Part shown: positions 24,701-35,704 of the stretch, piece by piece
Position numbering within the stretch: position 1 is the first letter of the stretch
Layout of the letters: every line of letters begins with the position of its first letter
NCBI GenBank assembly: GCA_051047955.1
Contig: JBPGPT010000027.1
Span: 124,001-188,000 of the forward strand
Source: Cystobasidiomycetes sp. EMM_F5
Taxonomy: Eukaryota
Length of the DNA stretch: 64,000 bases
Reading direction: 5' to 3'
The notes under the pieces: generated by a model
Database searches by the model: none
Told to the model about the DNA's origin: nothing
Seen by the model: the letters and a program-made list of their open reading frames with translations, nothing else
Program-made: the position numbers and the translations under genes

Positions 24701-25865
24701 CAACCATCTTCTCGACAGATATGCCAGTACGGCGTCTGTACGCCCCTATCAATGAAAGAATGTAGCCTCGAATGGTACCAATTGCTGGGCGATCTGATAT
24801 CCTGCCCACTTTGGCTGTGCACTGGTAAGCCACGTAACCTTTGAGATCCGCTATGACCGAAATTCAGAGAATCAGCTTCGAATAAAGTGAGCGCCAGCGT
24901 AATGTAGCTGACCTGCACTCATGCGATAGGTAGTCTGCCACCGAAAAGTAGCTTCGCTCTGTGCTGTCGATTCACCGAGAACTTCTGTACGGAATAGGTG
25001 CCAGACGGTCATAGCTCGCTCATGCATGCCTAAAGTAGCTTCAGTGATAGGCTTGAAATGGACGACATCCTGAATGCGTGACTGGCGTTCGGCTGCTTTT
25101 ACAGGAGTTTCGCTTCGCTGTCGTCGGGTTTCCTGCATCTTTACTGCGAGTGTGGGGCGCCAGTTCTTGCGTTTCTTTTGACCCTTGCTGGAAGCATCAG
25201 CCTGACTGATGTTGCTGTCGTGCCCACTAAAACTAGTCGACGCGTCGTCTTCAGTACTAGACCCTGCAAAAGATGGCGACATGTCGCGGCCAGTTTCAGA
25301 CGACACGCTCCGACTTGTTGAAGCTACCGCATTTTGTGTATTGTAGAGACTACTGTACGGAAGGGGCATTGGAGGCAAAGATGTATAGTTCCATGGCGCT
25401 GCTGTTGGCACCGCGGAAGTGCTTACTTGCGGATATGAAACAGCCGGAAGCACATATTGTGAATATTGATGCAATTGAACGGAATTTGAATACTGCTCGA
25501 AGGCAGGAGGAGGATAGTAGGCTGCATTTGCTGAATACTGCAAAGGATACGTAGGAGCAGCCCAAAGGGTGGGATTGAACGGCGTCTGCCATGCCAAATT
25601 GCTACCAGGGGCAGCTGGCCAGACTTGCGAAGGTGCACCCGTTTGTGCTACAACAGGCAGCCACGTGTAGCCTTGAGGATGTTGTGCCGGGTAGCTTGAC
25701 GCCTGAGCTGCGTAAGGCTGAGCTGTCGTCTATTCCACCACCAAGTCAGTCTACGAAGCGAAAGGCAGACGTGACGCTCACACTTACACCTCTTTCGAAG
25801 TCATTCACGTCGTCTGTACGCGCGTCGCGAGCAGCACGGTTGTGCTCTTCACCTGCCTTATCCAT
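21720..25865 (-). CDS. DUF3435 / Starship-captain-like tyrosine recombinase with C-terminal C2H2-like zinc fingers (8 exons, intact)
   Basis: AFTASRPGE (R), LLKGHR (K), CPVLPLLSLALADGIF, PYDLRRGAANAL (xxR) and QAMGH..SRVFNAY (H, Y). C-terminal CPFDEC..HLEADH, YCVECEAW and GFCPFC. Seven GT-AG introns join all exons in frame. Confidence 0.88.
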
Positions 25866-25994
25866 AGCTGTTCGCTGCCATCTGTGTCGTCGTTGAGGTA
25901 GAGCAACAAACAAGACCGTGTCAAAGAACAGCAATGACTGCAGTGGCAAAATAGGGGCTTGACTGTGACAGTATACAAAATTGACCGAAACAGG

Positions 25995-26012
25995 CAAACT
26001 CGAGAAATTCAT
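25995..26012. repeat. att-like 18-bp direct repeat, right copy
   Basis: caaactcgagaaattcat, identical to 21322-21339. Confidence 0.92.
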
Positions 26013-26141
26013 GGCCATATTTCCCTATTAGCATAGATAAATTGGACATGCATGAGTATTCCGCGAGCACAGCTAAAAGCTTCTTAGAGTACCTTGATGA
26101 CCGGTATAATATCGCAGGTAGAAATCTGAAGTTGACGACAT
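25995..26141 (-). pseudogene. MAGOH: Displaced original 5' end of host mago nashi (exon 26141-26093, intron 26092-26025, exon from 26024)
   Basis: Spliced, it reads [26 protein letters not shown]. Mago similarity stops exactly at the end of the 18-bp repeat. Confidence 0.9.
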
Positions 26142-26180
26142 GGTTGGCAGTTGACGGCTGTCCAAGAGGTGTTCGCGTGC

Positions 26181-27338
26181 ATGACTGACCTTGACGGTCG
26201 GCCAACATATGGCAACAACCTGATCTTCAAGGCAACTCTGATGAGCAATGACCCACGCAGACTCTTTGACAATGCATACTTGGTGGAGCCGGCAGAGGGC
26301 ACCCCGAGAACGTCAAAAGTGAATGAATATAGCCTCGCTGCATGACTTGACCTAGACATACCACTAATCTATAGACAGCTAATCCTGACATTTGGCTGGA
26401 TGAATGCGACGATCAAGTGGGATGATTCATCTCTCGCTGTGTTGCCGCGTCACGGCTTTCCTGAACTACGTATTCTAATGACAGGAGTCTTTCATGGGTG
26501 CTTGCCAAATACAAGTCTATGCTACCTGGCTCTACGCTTCTTCTAATCACTTCCGATATCTGTACGCGTACTCGTACGTTGCAGTGTAAACATATCAATC
26601 TAATACTATACTGTCAAAAGGGACCTACGCAAAAACTACATCAGCCTTACAGAAGCCATTGTTGCCCGTAGCGCAGTGGCTTGAAGTGCACCGCTTCGAG
26701 ACTATACACGCGCACGTCTTTTCAAACGGAGGAGCATGGCAACTCGTCTTGCTCTCGCAATTGCTACACAAGCGATGTAGTGAGCTAGGCAAGGGAGTCG
26801 TGTGGGAACGCACACACCCGCTACCGATATCTACATTAGTGCTCGACTCGGCCCCTGGCAGCAACACAGCGTCAGAAGGCATCGGCGTATCCGGAGCCAC
26901 GTGGAGAAAGCAAAGCCTGCCCATTCGATACAGCCTGAACTTTGCGGCAGCTATCCTAGGCGCATCGTCAACACTGTACAACAAACTGCCACTGCTTCCA
27001 CGCACCGGCAATATACTGCTTTCGGAGCTACTAAACGATCCGGGCATAATAGATCCAGATGCCAAACGGCTGTACATCTACAGCAAACAGGATAGCATCG
27101 TCAACTGGCGCGCCGTGGAGCGCAACGCTCAGATTGCGCGCAAGCTGGGTCGAAGCGTCCGCGTAGAGCGCTTTGAAGGTTCATCGCACGTTGCGCACGC
27201 AAAGAAGGACAGCGAACGGTAAGTAGATGTCCATTTGATGAAGGTGCAGAACATGCTGAGCGTGTGTGCCTCATTTGCAGGTACTGGACATCAGTACAGG
27301 CATTGATGAGATTGGTCGCGAGGGAATCTCGTTTATGA
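26181..27338 (+). CDS. DUF829/TMEM53-like alpha/beta-fold protein (start 26181 or 26241)
   Basis: LILTFGWMNA, HVFSNGG, LVLDSAPG, RLYIYSKQDSIV and FEGSSHVAH; ends ...ESRL. Confidence 0.85.
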
Positions 27339-27533
27339 TATGTGATGTCACGCAGCACGCTATCTTGCTTGTCGCTTCGAGGTGAAATCCGAAAGCTTTG
27401 CACGACGGACACTTGTCAGGAGAGCATTAACGTAGATGCAGATTATGGCTGCATTCATGAGCGAGTCCGTGTATATCCATTGTTTGCATACAATATTGCT
27501 TCAAATTGCTTGCCATCAGTCAACGCTGTCAGT

Positions 27534-27917
27534 ATGTCGGAAGGAAATACCAACACGTCGTCGTCCGGCAGCAAGCTCAAGGACACGCTGCACCATATCG
27601 GAGAGAAGGTGTGGAGCCGTCTGCGAGACTCTGCCATTTCAAGCTGGATCAGCCTGACTTGAATATCCTGTTTGTTTGCGCAGCTCGCGCTTGTTCCGCC
27701 GACAGAAAAAGAGGTGCTGGCTCAACGTCCTCATTGCAGATGCTTGAGCATGCCGTAGACTGCCCTACTGACGATGTCGCGTCCTCTTTTGCCGTTCCAG
27801 CTATCAGATCGTCTGGCTGATGCGAGAGCAAAAAACGACACCGAGGAAGAGAAGAAGCTGCTGATGAAGAAGGCTGCAGCTGGGCAGAATGCTGCGACAG
27901 AGCCGGAGAACGTGTGA
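27534..27917 (+). CDS. Small hydrophilic protein (~73 aa, 3 exons), function unknown
   Basis: Phase-0 GT-AG introns join MSEGNTNTSSSGSKLKDTLHHIGEK / LALVPPTEKE / LSDRLADARAKNDTEEEKKLLMKKAAAGQNAATEPENV*. Confidence 0.6.
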
Positions 27918-29180
27918 ATAGATGCCAGCACTTACCAAGCCGGATGACACTCCCTGAGGACCATGTGGTGCTTGTTTTGGCTGACGAGCAATTTGGATGA
28001 GTTGGCTGAGCACTGTCTTTTGTCACATGGCTGTCTCGTTATACGCCTTGTAACCATTCTGATTACTGGGCATTCTCTCGCACACCTCTTTTACGTCTCC
28101 ATACTTCTCATAACTTCCTAATGCCTCTACGATACACCGCAAAGAACCGCCGCAGTTGCCACGTACCCAGCCCTAGCTGTCTCCCCTCATCTTGTGCGTA
28201 GGCACCACGAATTCTACACTTTGCGGAGACTCTCAGGGGTCGTGTAAAGTCAGGAAGCGGCCTGTAAAGTATAACCAGTCCAGCGTTGCTACAACAGCAA
28301 TTAGTGCATCGTTGCCGATGTCCGATGCAATCGTACAGGCTGATGCGGTTAGCCATTTATACTCAATTCCGGCTTAGGACTGACAGCCAGCCCTGTTCTA
28401 CCATCAAGAGCGCCGACAGGATAAAGCATCGACTTCGCTAACGGTAACAGTCTCGTACAGTCAAGCATTCACAAGTTGTTTCCCCTGTATTCCGGATCTA
28501 CTGCTGTCCTTGGCCTTTTAGCGGACTTGGTCATTCAGATCTACGCCTTTCCGCGAGAAACGATATTTCACATCGCTCCACACAAGGTCTTGACCAGCAC
28601 TGGATGTATTTGCGAGCCTAGAGGCACTGGACCACATGAATCATATGCTGTATGTGGTGCTTGCAGCTCACTACTACTCTGACTTACTGATAGGCTTGCC
28701 GTGTGTATGAACAGTACATATGTAGTTAGTCGTACAGTATGTACCGGTACTCAAGTAAAGTTGGTTACCACAAGTTACTGTAGATCAAACATTGCTGAGC
28801 AGCGGCAAAAAATAGCTCACGTCGCTTCTCAGGCACGCATGCCAGAGGTGCCACTACTGACGGGAGAATTTCTGGCATGGCAATGCGCCGAGTCACCAAC
28901 ATCCCTGCGGTGCGAGTCTCTTGAAGTTGGAACGTGGGGGTCAGGGTCAAATTCGGTTTCACAGGGATGACCATTCCAGGCGTCTGTCGCATCCGCACGC
29001 GAGAGCACATCTTGGTAAATAATGATCACTGATCGTATTTCCGATGCCTTACGGGTTCCGCAGCCAGACCAAGTGACCAGTAGTCACAGTATCCCCAGCT
29101 CCATCTGGTTCGTGCTGACTTACTAGTACTGCTGACCCATCACCTTCATTTTTCTCCACGCTCACTTCATTCACCCTGCC

Positions 29181-31887
29181 ATGATCTTCTGGCCGCCTTC
29201 TTCAGCCATTGCGGTGGTTGCGATTGCTGCAGGCGTCTTCCGCTCAGTCTCAGCGGATGCGCCAGCCGCAAATGATGTTTGCGGTAATGCTCTGGTTTCG
29301 CTGGGCCAACAGGCCGCACTGCAGTACTGCCAGTCTCTCGTTGCGCCATTACCCACAGCAGTCAGTCGGCTCATGCAGATTACAAGGCAATCACTGATGC
29401 TCACACACATTGAGCAGACCGTTACTGTTACTTCCACATCAACGTCCATAAATCGCAACGGGATCAGGTACGACCGACGTTGTCTACCGCGCCCCTATGT
29501 GACTCACAAATTCCACACGACTGCAGGACAACCGTCTCCAATCCGGCCGCGGTCAGGTATTTGAATGTTGCCTTTTGTCACGCCAAACAACTGACACGCG
29601 TCCCGTTGCGCCCAGGATAATTACTTCGGTTGTTACAGAGCCGCCCTCGTATGCTGCTGCCTACTAAACACACGTTTTGTTCCGTCAACGCTGACATCTA
29701 TTTATTCACGATACGCAGGAGCACAAGCACTTCAGTCTCTATTGTGTCTTCTGATACTACTACCACCGATCTCTCATCTACGATTGTATCAACAACACGC
29801 GTTATCAGCCAAATTTCGACTTTTACATCTATAGCTGCTACCGCAACAAGAAATGACATAACTACCACGACAATGACTGTCGCGGCAAATGCCGCCAGCT
29901 CAACGACCTCGTCATCTTCGTCTACCACCACTACCTCGGATATGGTTCGTCGTAGCTTGGCCGCTCGACAACCTGCCGGGAACATGTTCGTCCCGTCTTT
30001 CCGTCCATTCACGTCTTCATCGTCATCTACATCTACATCTTCGTCGTCATCTTCGTCGTCGTCATCGTCGTCATCATCGTCGTCGTCGTCTTCTTCATCA
30101 TCATCTTCGTCCTCGGTATCCACGTCAACCTCGTCTGCCTCGATAAGTCCGTCTTCCTCGACTGGGTCCATGTCCCGCAACGCATTCCTACCGACGAGAA
30201 TGTTGTCCACGTCCCGGTCTAGCTCCACCACTTCAGCCAGCTCTACAAGCTTCAGTTCCATTCCTTGTGATCTTGCAGCGCTGAGCTCCGCTTGCAGTCA
30301 GTTTATCTTCGTCCAGTCGACCGCTACGGCAACGCAGGTCATTGGAGAAGTCGTTGCCAGCCCGTCGACTACTTCCACGTACAGAATTCTACAGCCCGCT
30401 TCATTTACGTGAGTCGTTGTGCATATCCTTGCCTTGCCATGCCATGCCTTGTCAACTCTGACTGAGTGGAAAAATAATTTTCGGGATTGACGGTATTATC
30501 GCAGCACGACTACGACCTCCACGATGCCCGTGTCAGTGGCTGTCCAGCCAACAACAACCACAACGGTCAACACTCACACAGCAAGCTCGACTTCCACAAG
30601 CATAAGCACTACCTTTACCACTACTAGCGGCTCGACTACTGTTCCTGGTACGACTACCACAACGGTCTACACTGCAACTGCAACGGTATGTCTATTGCGC
30701 TACTCAATGCGTGTTTAATACTGACAATTGCCTCAAGCGGGTTGTGTACACTGCTGTCCCCTCGACTTGCGTGACAAGCGGAACGACTTTATGGTCAAAT
30801 AGTACGGGCGGCGTTGACGATGATACCAGGACTATTGCCCTGCCTTTCAATGTGACAATCTTCAACGCGACAAGCAGTTCCCTTTGCGTCACCTCGAACG
30901 GCGTAAGTGCTTGTCCGCAGATGGCAGATCTCGTTTGGACTGATGGAATTCTCAATGTGATACAGATTGCGGCCATAGGTGCATGCAGGTCTGATTTCAC
31001 TGAGCAGCCGTTGCCGTATCAATACTTTGGTAGATTTGTCTTCATTTGTCTTTTTGGATATCTGCTGAACACCCACGAACAGGGGCTGCCATTTTCATGT
31101 TCTGGTGAACTTTTCTGTAACAGGTGAACAAGACGTTTCGTGCTGATGACTATTCTTCCTTGGGTCGAAGGGATGATCTATGGGTGTCTGGTGGTGCGTG
31201 ATATGATCGCCGCTTCATTCCAACGCTGGCTGATGCCGTCTACGTTTTCCAGGGCAAGCCGGCGCGGGCCAAATGTACGTGGACTGCCGATTTAATCAGG
31301 GAGTCACTGAAATATATCGTTTTGCAGCATCCAATACCGTGTTCTGGGCAATTCTCTGGTTGTAAGCTCGTGATGGAAGAAGACCCTGCCAAACGCTGAC
31401 TGGAGGTTACTCTACAGATCGAGTACCTCGTTACCCACTACCAGGTAGAGACAGCTCCAGCGCCGAAAGAGTTTGTTTGACTTGACTTTCGTTCCTCAAC
31501 TACCTAGGCTCTAGGAGAGTATTATCATCTGACTCTTGCTTATACGACGGACAATCCGGGTATTTGGGTTGGAAAATACTACCAGGTACGTTGAAGCGAT
31601 CAGGACGCCCGGACGTAACTTACTTATAGCATGAACAGGTCAGCGATTTTGGTAACAGCGCATGCGTTGGTCAACAATCTTGTGGGTCCAGCGTTAATGG
31701 CTATGGTATAATCACGGCTTATACCTAATCTTTCCTTACAGCTGGCTTGAGCACGGCGGCCACAACAACTTTCTCTTTTGATCGACCTAATATTCAACCA
31801 GGCATGGTTCTTACCTTCAACACGACCGCCAATACAATCACATCGAGCGGCTTCGACGCAACGTGTGGCAGCGATTACTTCCATTGA
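29181..31887 (+). CDS. Secreted Ser/Thr-rich (mucin-like) protein with a C-terminal globular domain; many small exons
   Basis: Hydrophobic signal peptide, Cys-containing N-terminus, long S/T stalk, then VDDDTRTIALPFNVTIF..LCVTSNG. Confidence 0.7.
30013..30113 (+). repeat. Imperfect TCN trinucleotide tract encoding poly-Ser
   Basis: Run of tcg/tca/tct codons inside the secreted-protein ORF. Confidence 0.85.
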
Positions 31888-32121
31888 AGCCACTGGAGGC
31901 TTTCTCTTTCAGACCACGTTCCGCTGCAGGGCGACATTTCAGTATTCGTATTGGGCCTACATCAGGTTGTCAGAAAGATATATGGACATTTCGGAGGGTC
32001 GAGCGGTTAGGGTTTCACTTCAGAGTAGTTATTTTCGGATACCAAGCATTTTGTAGGCTTTTACGTTGAATAGACGGAGCACTCATGATGTGTGAGGTTT
32101 GCTTTCGTTACTACTCGCAGC

Positions 32122-32737
32122 TCACAACAAAAGCCCTTGCTCATCGTTTGGTGCTACCGTGCTTTCTGGATGATCAGGACGGTCATGATCAGGAGAGTCG
32201 GTATTGTCTAACGGACGAATAACCATCGCGGTTGTGTCGCCATCCAGGTCGTAGTGCGTATTGGTAGGATCAAAGCCAATCTTCTTTCTCAACGCAAACT
32301 TGCACATGTCTACTCGCTCAAGTTGTTTTCGGATGACGATGTCGTTGTCCGCTATGATTTCTTGAAATTCTTCTGCTTCCTCTGGACTTACGTCTGACAG
32401 ACCGTCGATGGTCGTTGCGTGTGTCTTTCCTGTCGCGCTAGATGATATTTGAGATGTAGATGTGGATGAAGAAAGTGAAGATGGAAGATGATGATCCAGG
32501 CACGCAGCATGAAGCATGTTATTGGTCTGGCGTAAGAGACTGATGGACTTCTGCAACCTCGCCAATTCTTCATCATGAGACACAATTCATACAACGAGTG
32601 TCAGCTTTTGATTCGCTCGACGCGTCATCTGTCAACGAACCCTCCGATATCAGATTGACGTCCATGTCTGCCAGGCCAGCCAATGTGAACGGATGCTCGT
32701 ACTGCAACACGAGGTCGCCGGCATGATTGAGGCGCAT
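32122..32737 (-). CDS. Hypothetical coiled-coil protein (2 exons)
   Basis: MRLNHAGDLVLQYEHPFTL... joined to EELARLQKSISLLRQTNNML...EIIADNDIVIRKQLERV. Confidence 0.65.
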
Positions 32738-33008
32738 CGCTGTAATGGCTGAGTTAAAGCTGAAGTGCAAGTTGCAACGCACACGCCGTCGAAATCCCTT
32801 GAAGACGATCTTCAATCCCCACGAAACAGTATTTAAACATGTTACATAAACTTCTGTGGATACAATACGACGTTTCCCCCTACGACACCTTATTCCCTTG
32901 TTCCGCTCCTTTTGGCTATTTATGTGTATATATATGCCGGACATATCCATTATATCGTTGTACATTATGGAGCAGCCAATTCATTCTAGCGCTTCCTCGA
33001 GCGCCATT

Positions 33009-34201
33009 TCAAGACTCATCTGCTGTAGCGGCTTGCTGAGATATTCAGGGAACCGCTAGATCACAAATGGGTGATTTAGGCAGGATGCAACGAGGAAGGC
33101 TGCGACACTCACCTTTATCAACTTTTCCATGAAGCGACCCAATTGCTCCTTTTGCACATAGGCTCGCAGGCACGCCATGTTTTCCGCTCCAAGCTCTGCA
33201 AGCAGCCCTGCCCATGGATTGGAGACGACGATGATTTCTTCCTTGATCGTGTCAGGCAAAGACTCCGCAACATGTAACGCGGGCTCCAGTTCCCGCATCT
33301 CCCGAGGCTGCTCGATGCTCATTGAGCGGGGGCAAGGCCCGAGCGCGTGAGGCGATAGAGGGGGAGTAGCAATGGCTGGGCGAACGATCGGACTCGGCAA
33401 GGAGGGAGATGTCGAAGATTCGGCTTTGGAGATGAGGACGTCTTCCGTTACGCTGCGCAATTGACCAATGCCGAGTCGAGGCTTCTTGACTGTTTCCGGA
33501 GACTTGACAGCGTTGGCTTCTGGGCCAAAGAAGCTGCAAGACATGCCACCTAACAGTCAGACATTGTCCATGATATGGTGGTCGCGCTCTTCTCCAACTT
33601 ACTTGCGTTTCGTCTTGATTGGGCTCGCTGGGGTCGCACTCCGTCTTGAATTGCCTCCGTCTGCAGCTTCAACCGCTGCCACGAAGACCGAAAGCTCACG
33701 GCCCTGCAGCCGGTCGCAAAAGCCATGCAGGAAATGCTTTCGAGCTGGTGCGGTGGGTGATTTGGCAAGGTCGACGAGACCGATAGGTGAACGGCAGAAG
33801 CGACACCACCAGCCTTGTATATGCCATCTGCCGTGACAGACGTTGCTAGAAGGGTATCCAGAACTTAGACATTGTCATAGAATGAGGATGTATATGAGCT
33901 CAACCCACGAGCAAGCAGATGGATTGTGGTCCGTCGCCTCGTCGTGCAGAAACACCAGATAGCAGCGGAGGAAGCTGAGTTTGCCCGACCCTTTCCTATC
34001 CAACGCCTGTGCGGGTTCACATCCAGCGTCGAGGTCTGCCAGAGTTTCAAACCACGGCTTCATCCTTCTCGGCGTCAGATACGTCGATATCGTCCGGTCA
34101 TAGCTCTTGTCGGTCGCATGGTCCAGGAAGACGAGCTGGCCGTGCAGAGGGTCATTCTCATCTTCGAGCTCATCGTTGCCGTCAGACTCGTGCCCGCTCA
34201 T
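33009..34201 (-). CDS. Hypothetical protein (multi-exon)
   Basis: Consecutive ORF segments 34201-33875 and ~33830-33110 with plausible GT-AG junctions; contains WWCRFC. Confidence 0.5.
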
Positions 34202-34684
34202 CGTCGCCGTCACGACTTGGTGCACATGTCGGTCAAAATGCAACACACTTGCCGGATTCGGTTGAATACAAAACGTTCTGATAACTAGTGGCTACAGGTC
34301 TTTGAAGATGTAATATGGGATTATGAAGCATGCAGCATACCTCCGGTAGCTTTCGCGTGCATGTAGGGCCAGCCTAAGCATAGATGCGGAGGGCGCCGCA
34401 CAACGCGCAATCGGAGAAGCATCGCTGCAGGTTATGTTAGCAAATCATTGCTATAGAAGCAGCGTATAATGTCGCATTGTATAATGGGAAGCAGTCCATG
34501 GACTCGGAGACCCAGCTAGATCCATACTGGGTGAGGGAGGTCGTTTTAACGAAACCTGTCTTCCTGCTGACTTCGGAATGTCTCAGAGCACGCATTTGTG
34601 TAGTGCAGTGCGTGATGAAGTTGCCAGATGATATATTGGATCAATTCAATTGTCGGAGGCATTATTTGCGCGAGATGGACCTCT

Positions 34685-35268
34685 TTACGCGTTGCTTACA
34701 GGGAACCAACCAAACTCGCGCATGTTGACGGTACCACCAGACACGGCCAATCCGATGTTTGCGTTAGCCTCAATGCCAAAGTTGCCTGTGTTGACTGTAA
34801 TGCCCTCGTCTTGGAGCAGACGCGCCTGTCTTTGAACTGCTTGGACCTGCAAACAATGCTCATTCAGTACGGCAACGACACATAAAAGTTGCTGAAGAGA
34901 GACAGACTTACTGATCCTCTAGGAGAGATAAGACCCTTGGAATTGACTACGCGATGCCATGGCACAAATTGGGCGTTGGGGTTGTTGTTCGTTCCGGGAT
35001 GCGACAGTTGCGGGGGTAGACACTTGAGGATCTGCCCGACCATCCTTGAATGCTTTGGCCTGCCTGCCATCTTTGCGATATGGCCGTACGAAGTCACTCG
35101 TCCAGCTGGAATACTCCGTATCGCTTCCAACACTTCCTGTTCGAAACGCCGAGTTGCTTCGGTGCCCACGACGCCGGTATTTACTGCTGCGACTGCTGAT
35201 GTGGAAGCTGTTGGACCCTCTGGAGCTGGCTGCGGATGGCTTCGACGTGTTCGCGGACTTCGCGGCAT
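34685..35268 (-). CDS. ATL1: Alkyltransferase-like protein (MGMT fold with Trp replacing the catalytic Cys); 3' end approximate
   Basis: IPAGRVTSYGHIA, RMVGQIL and VPWHRVVNSKG. Confidence 0.88.
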
Positions 35269-35704
35269 GGTGGAGTGCTACAGAAGCCAATGATTAGAAG
35301 GCAAGAGGCGAAGCAAGCAATCGTCGGCAAAACAGACCAAAAATGAACAGCGCACGAAGCACGTCTTATTGCGAAAAGCGTCACAACACAGGGCAAAGGA
35401 GCGCCGGGTTCAACTATGTTCGAGTTGATGGATGAGAGATGACGTTTACCCGAACTTCTGACGCAACGTCCATCCGTGCCTTGCACCAGCTGAAAGTCTA
35501 CTGTCGTACTTCTCCACCTCAATGTATGCCAGACCTCAGTGAATAAGGCGGCTTGCAGTGCCTTAAAAAGAAAGAATCGGATCCGAGAACAGGAAAAAAC
35601 ATTGTGAATTGACATAATGATGTCGGTAGAAAGCTTGCAGCCAGCAACAGGGAAAGATACCGACTTCCTTCTCCTACACTACATCCATCGCTTCTCCAAC
35701 ACTC

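Larger units (their letters stand above)
21322..26012 (-). mobile_element. Site-specific tyrosine-recombinase element (~4.67 kb) integrated into mago nashi and restoring it
   Basis: Exact 18-bp direct repeats at 21322-21339 and 25995-26012. A DUF3435-like recombinase and a replacement Mago 5' end lie inside; the displaced Mago 5' end lies outside. Confidence 0.88.

Noticed and set aside
29698..30261. Antisense poly-Asp/Glu ORF of 187 aa
   Set aside because: It is the reverse-strand shadow of the poly-Ser TCN tract.
33875..34201. Faint resemblance of TDKSYDRTISTY..LRCYLVFL to an integrase N-terminal domain
   Set aside because: Too short, and no catalytic recombinase motifs follow.
26181..35268. 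Idea that DUF829, the secreted protein and the hypothetical genes are Starship-like cargo
   Set aside because: They lie outside the 18-bp repeats and upstream of the recombinase; the element is closed at 26012.
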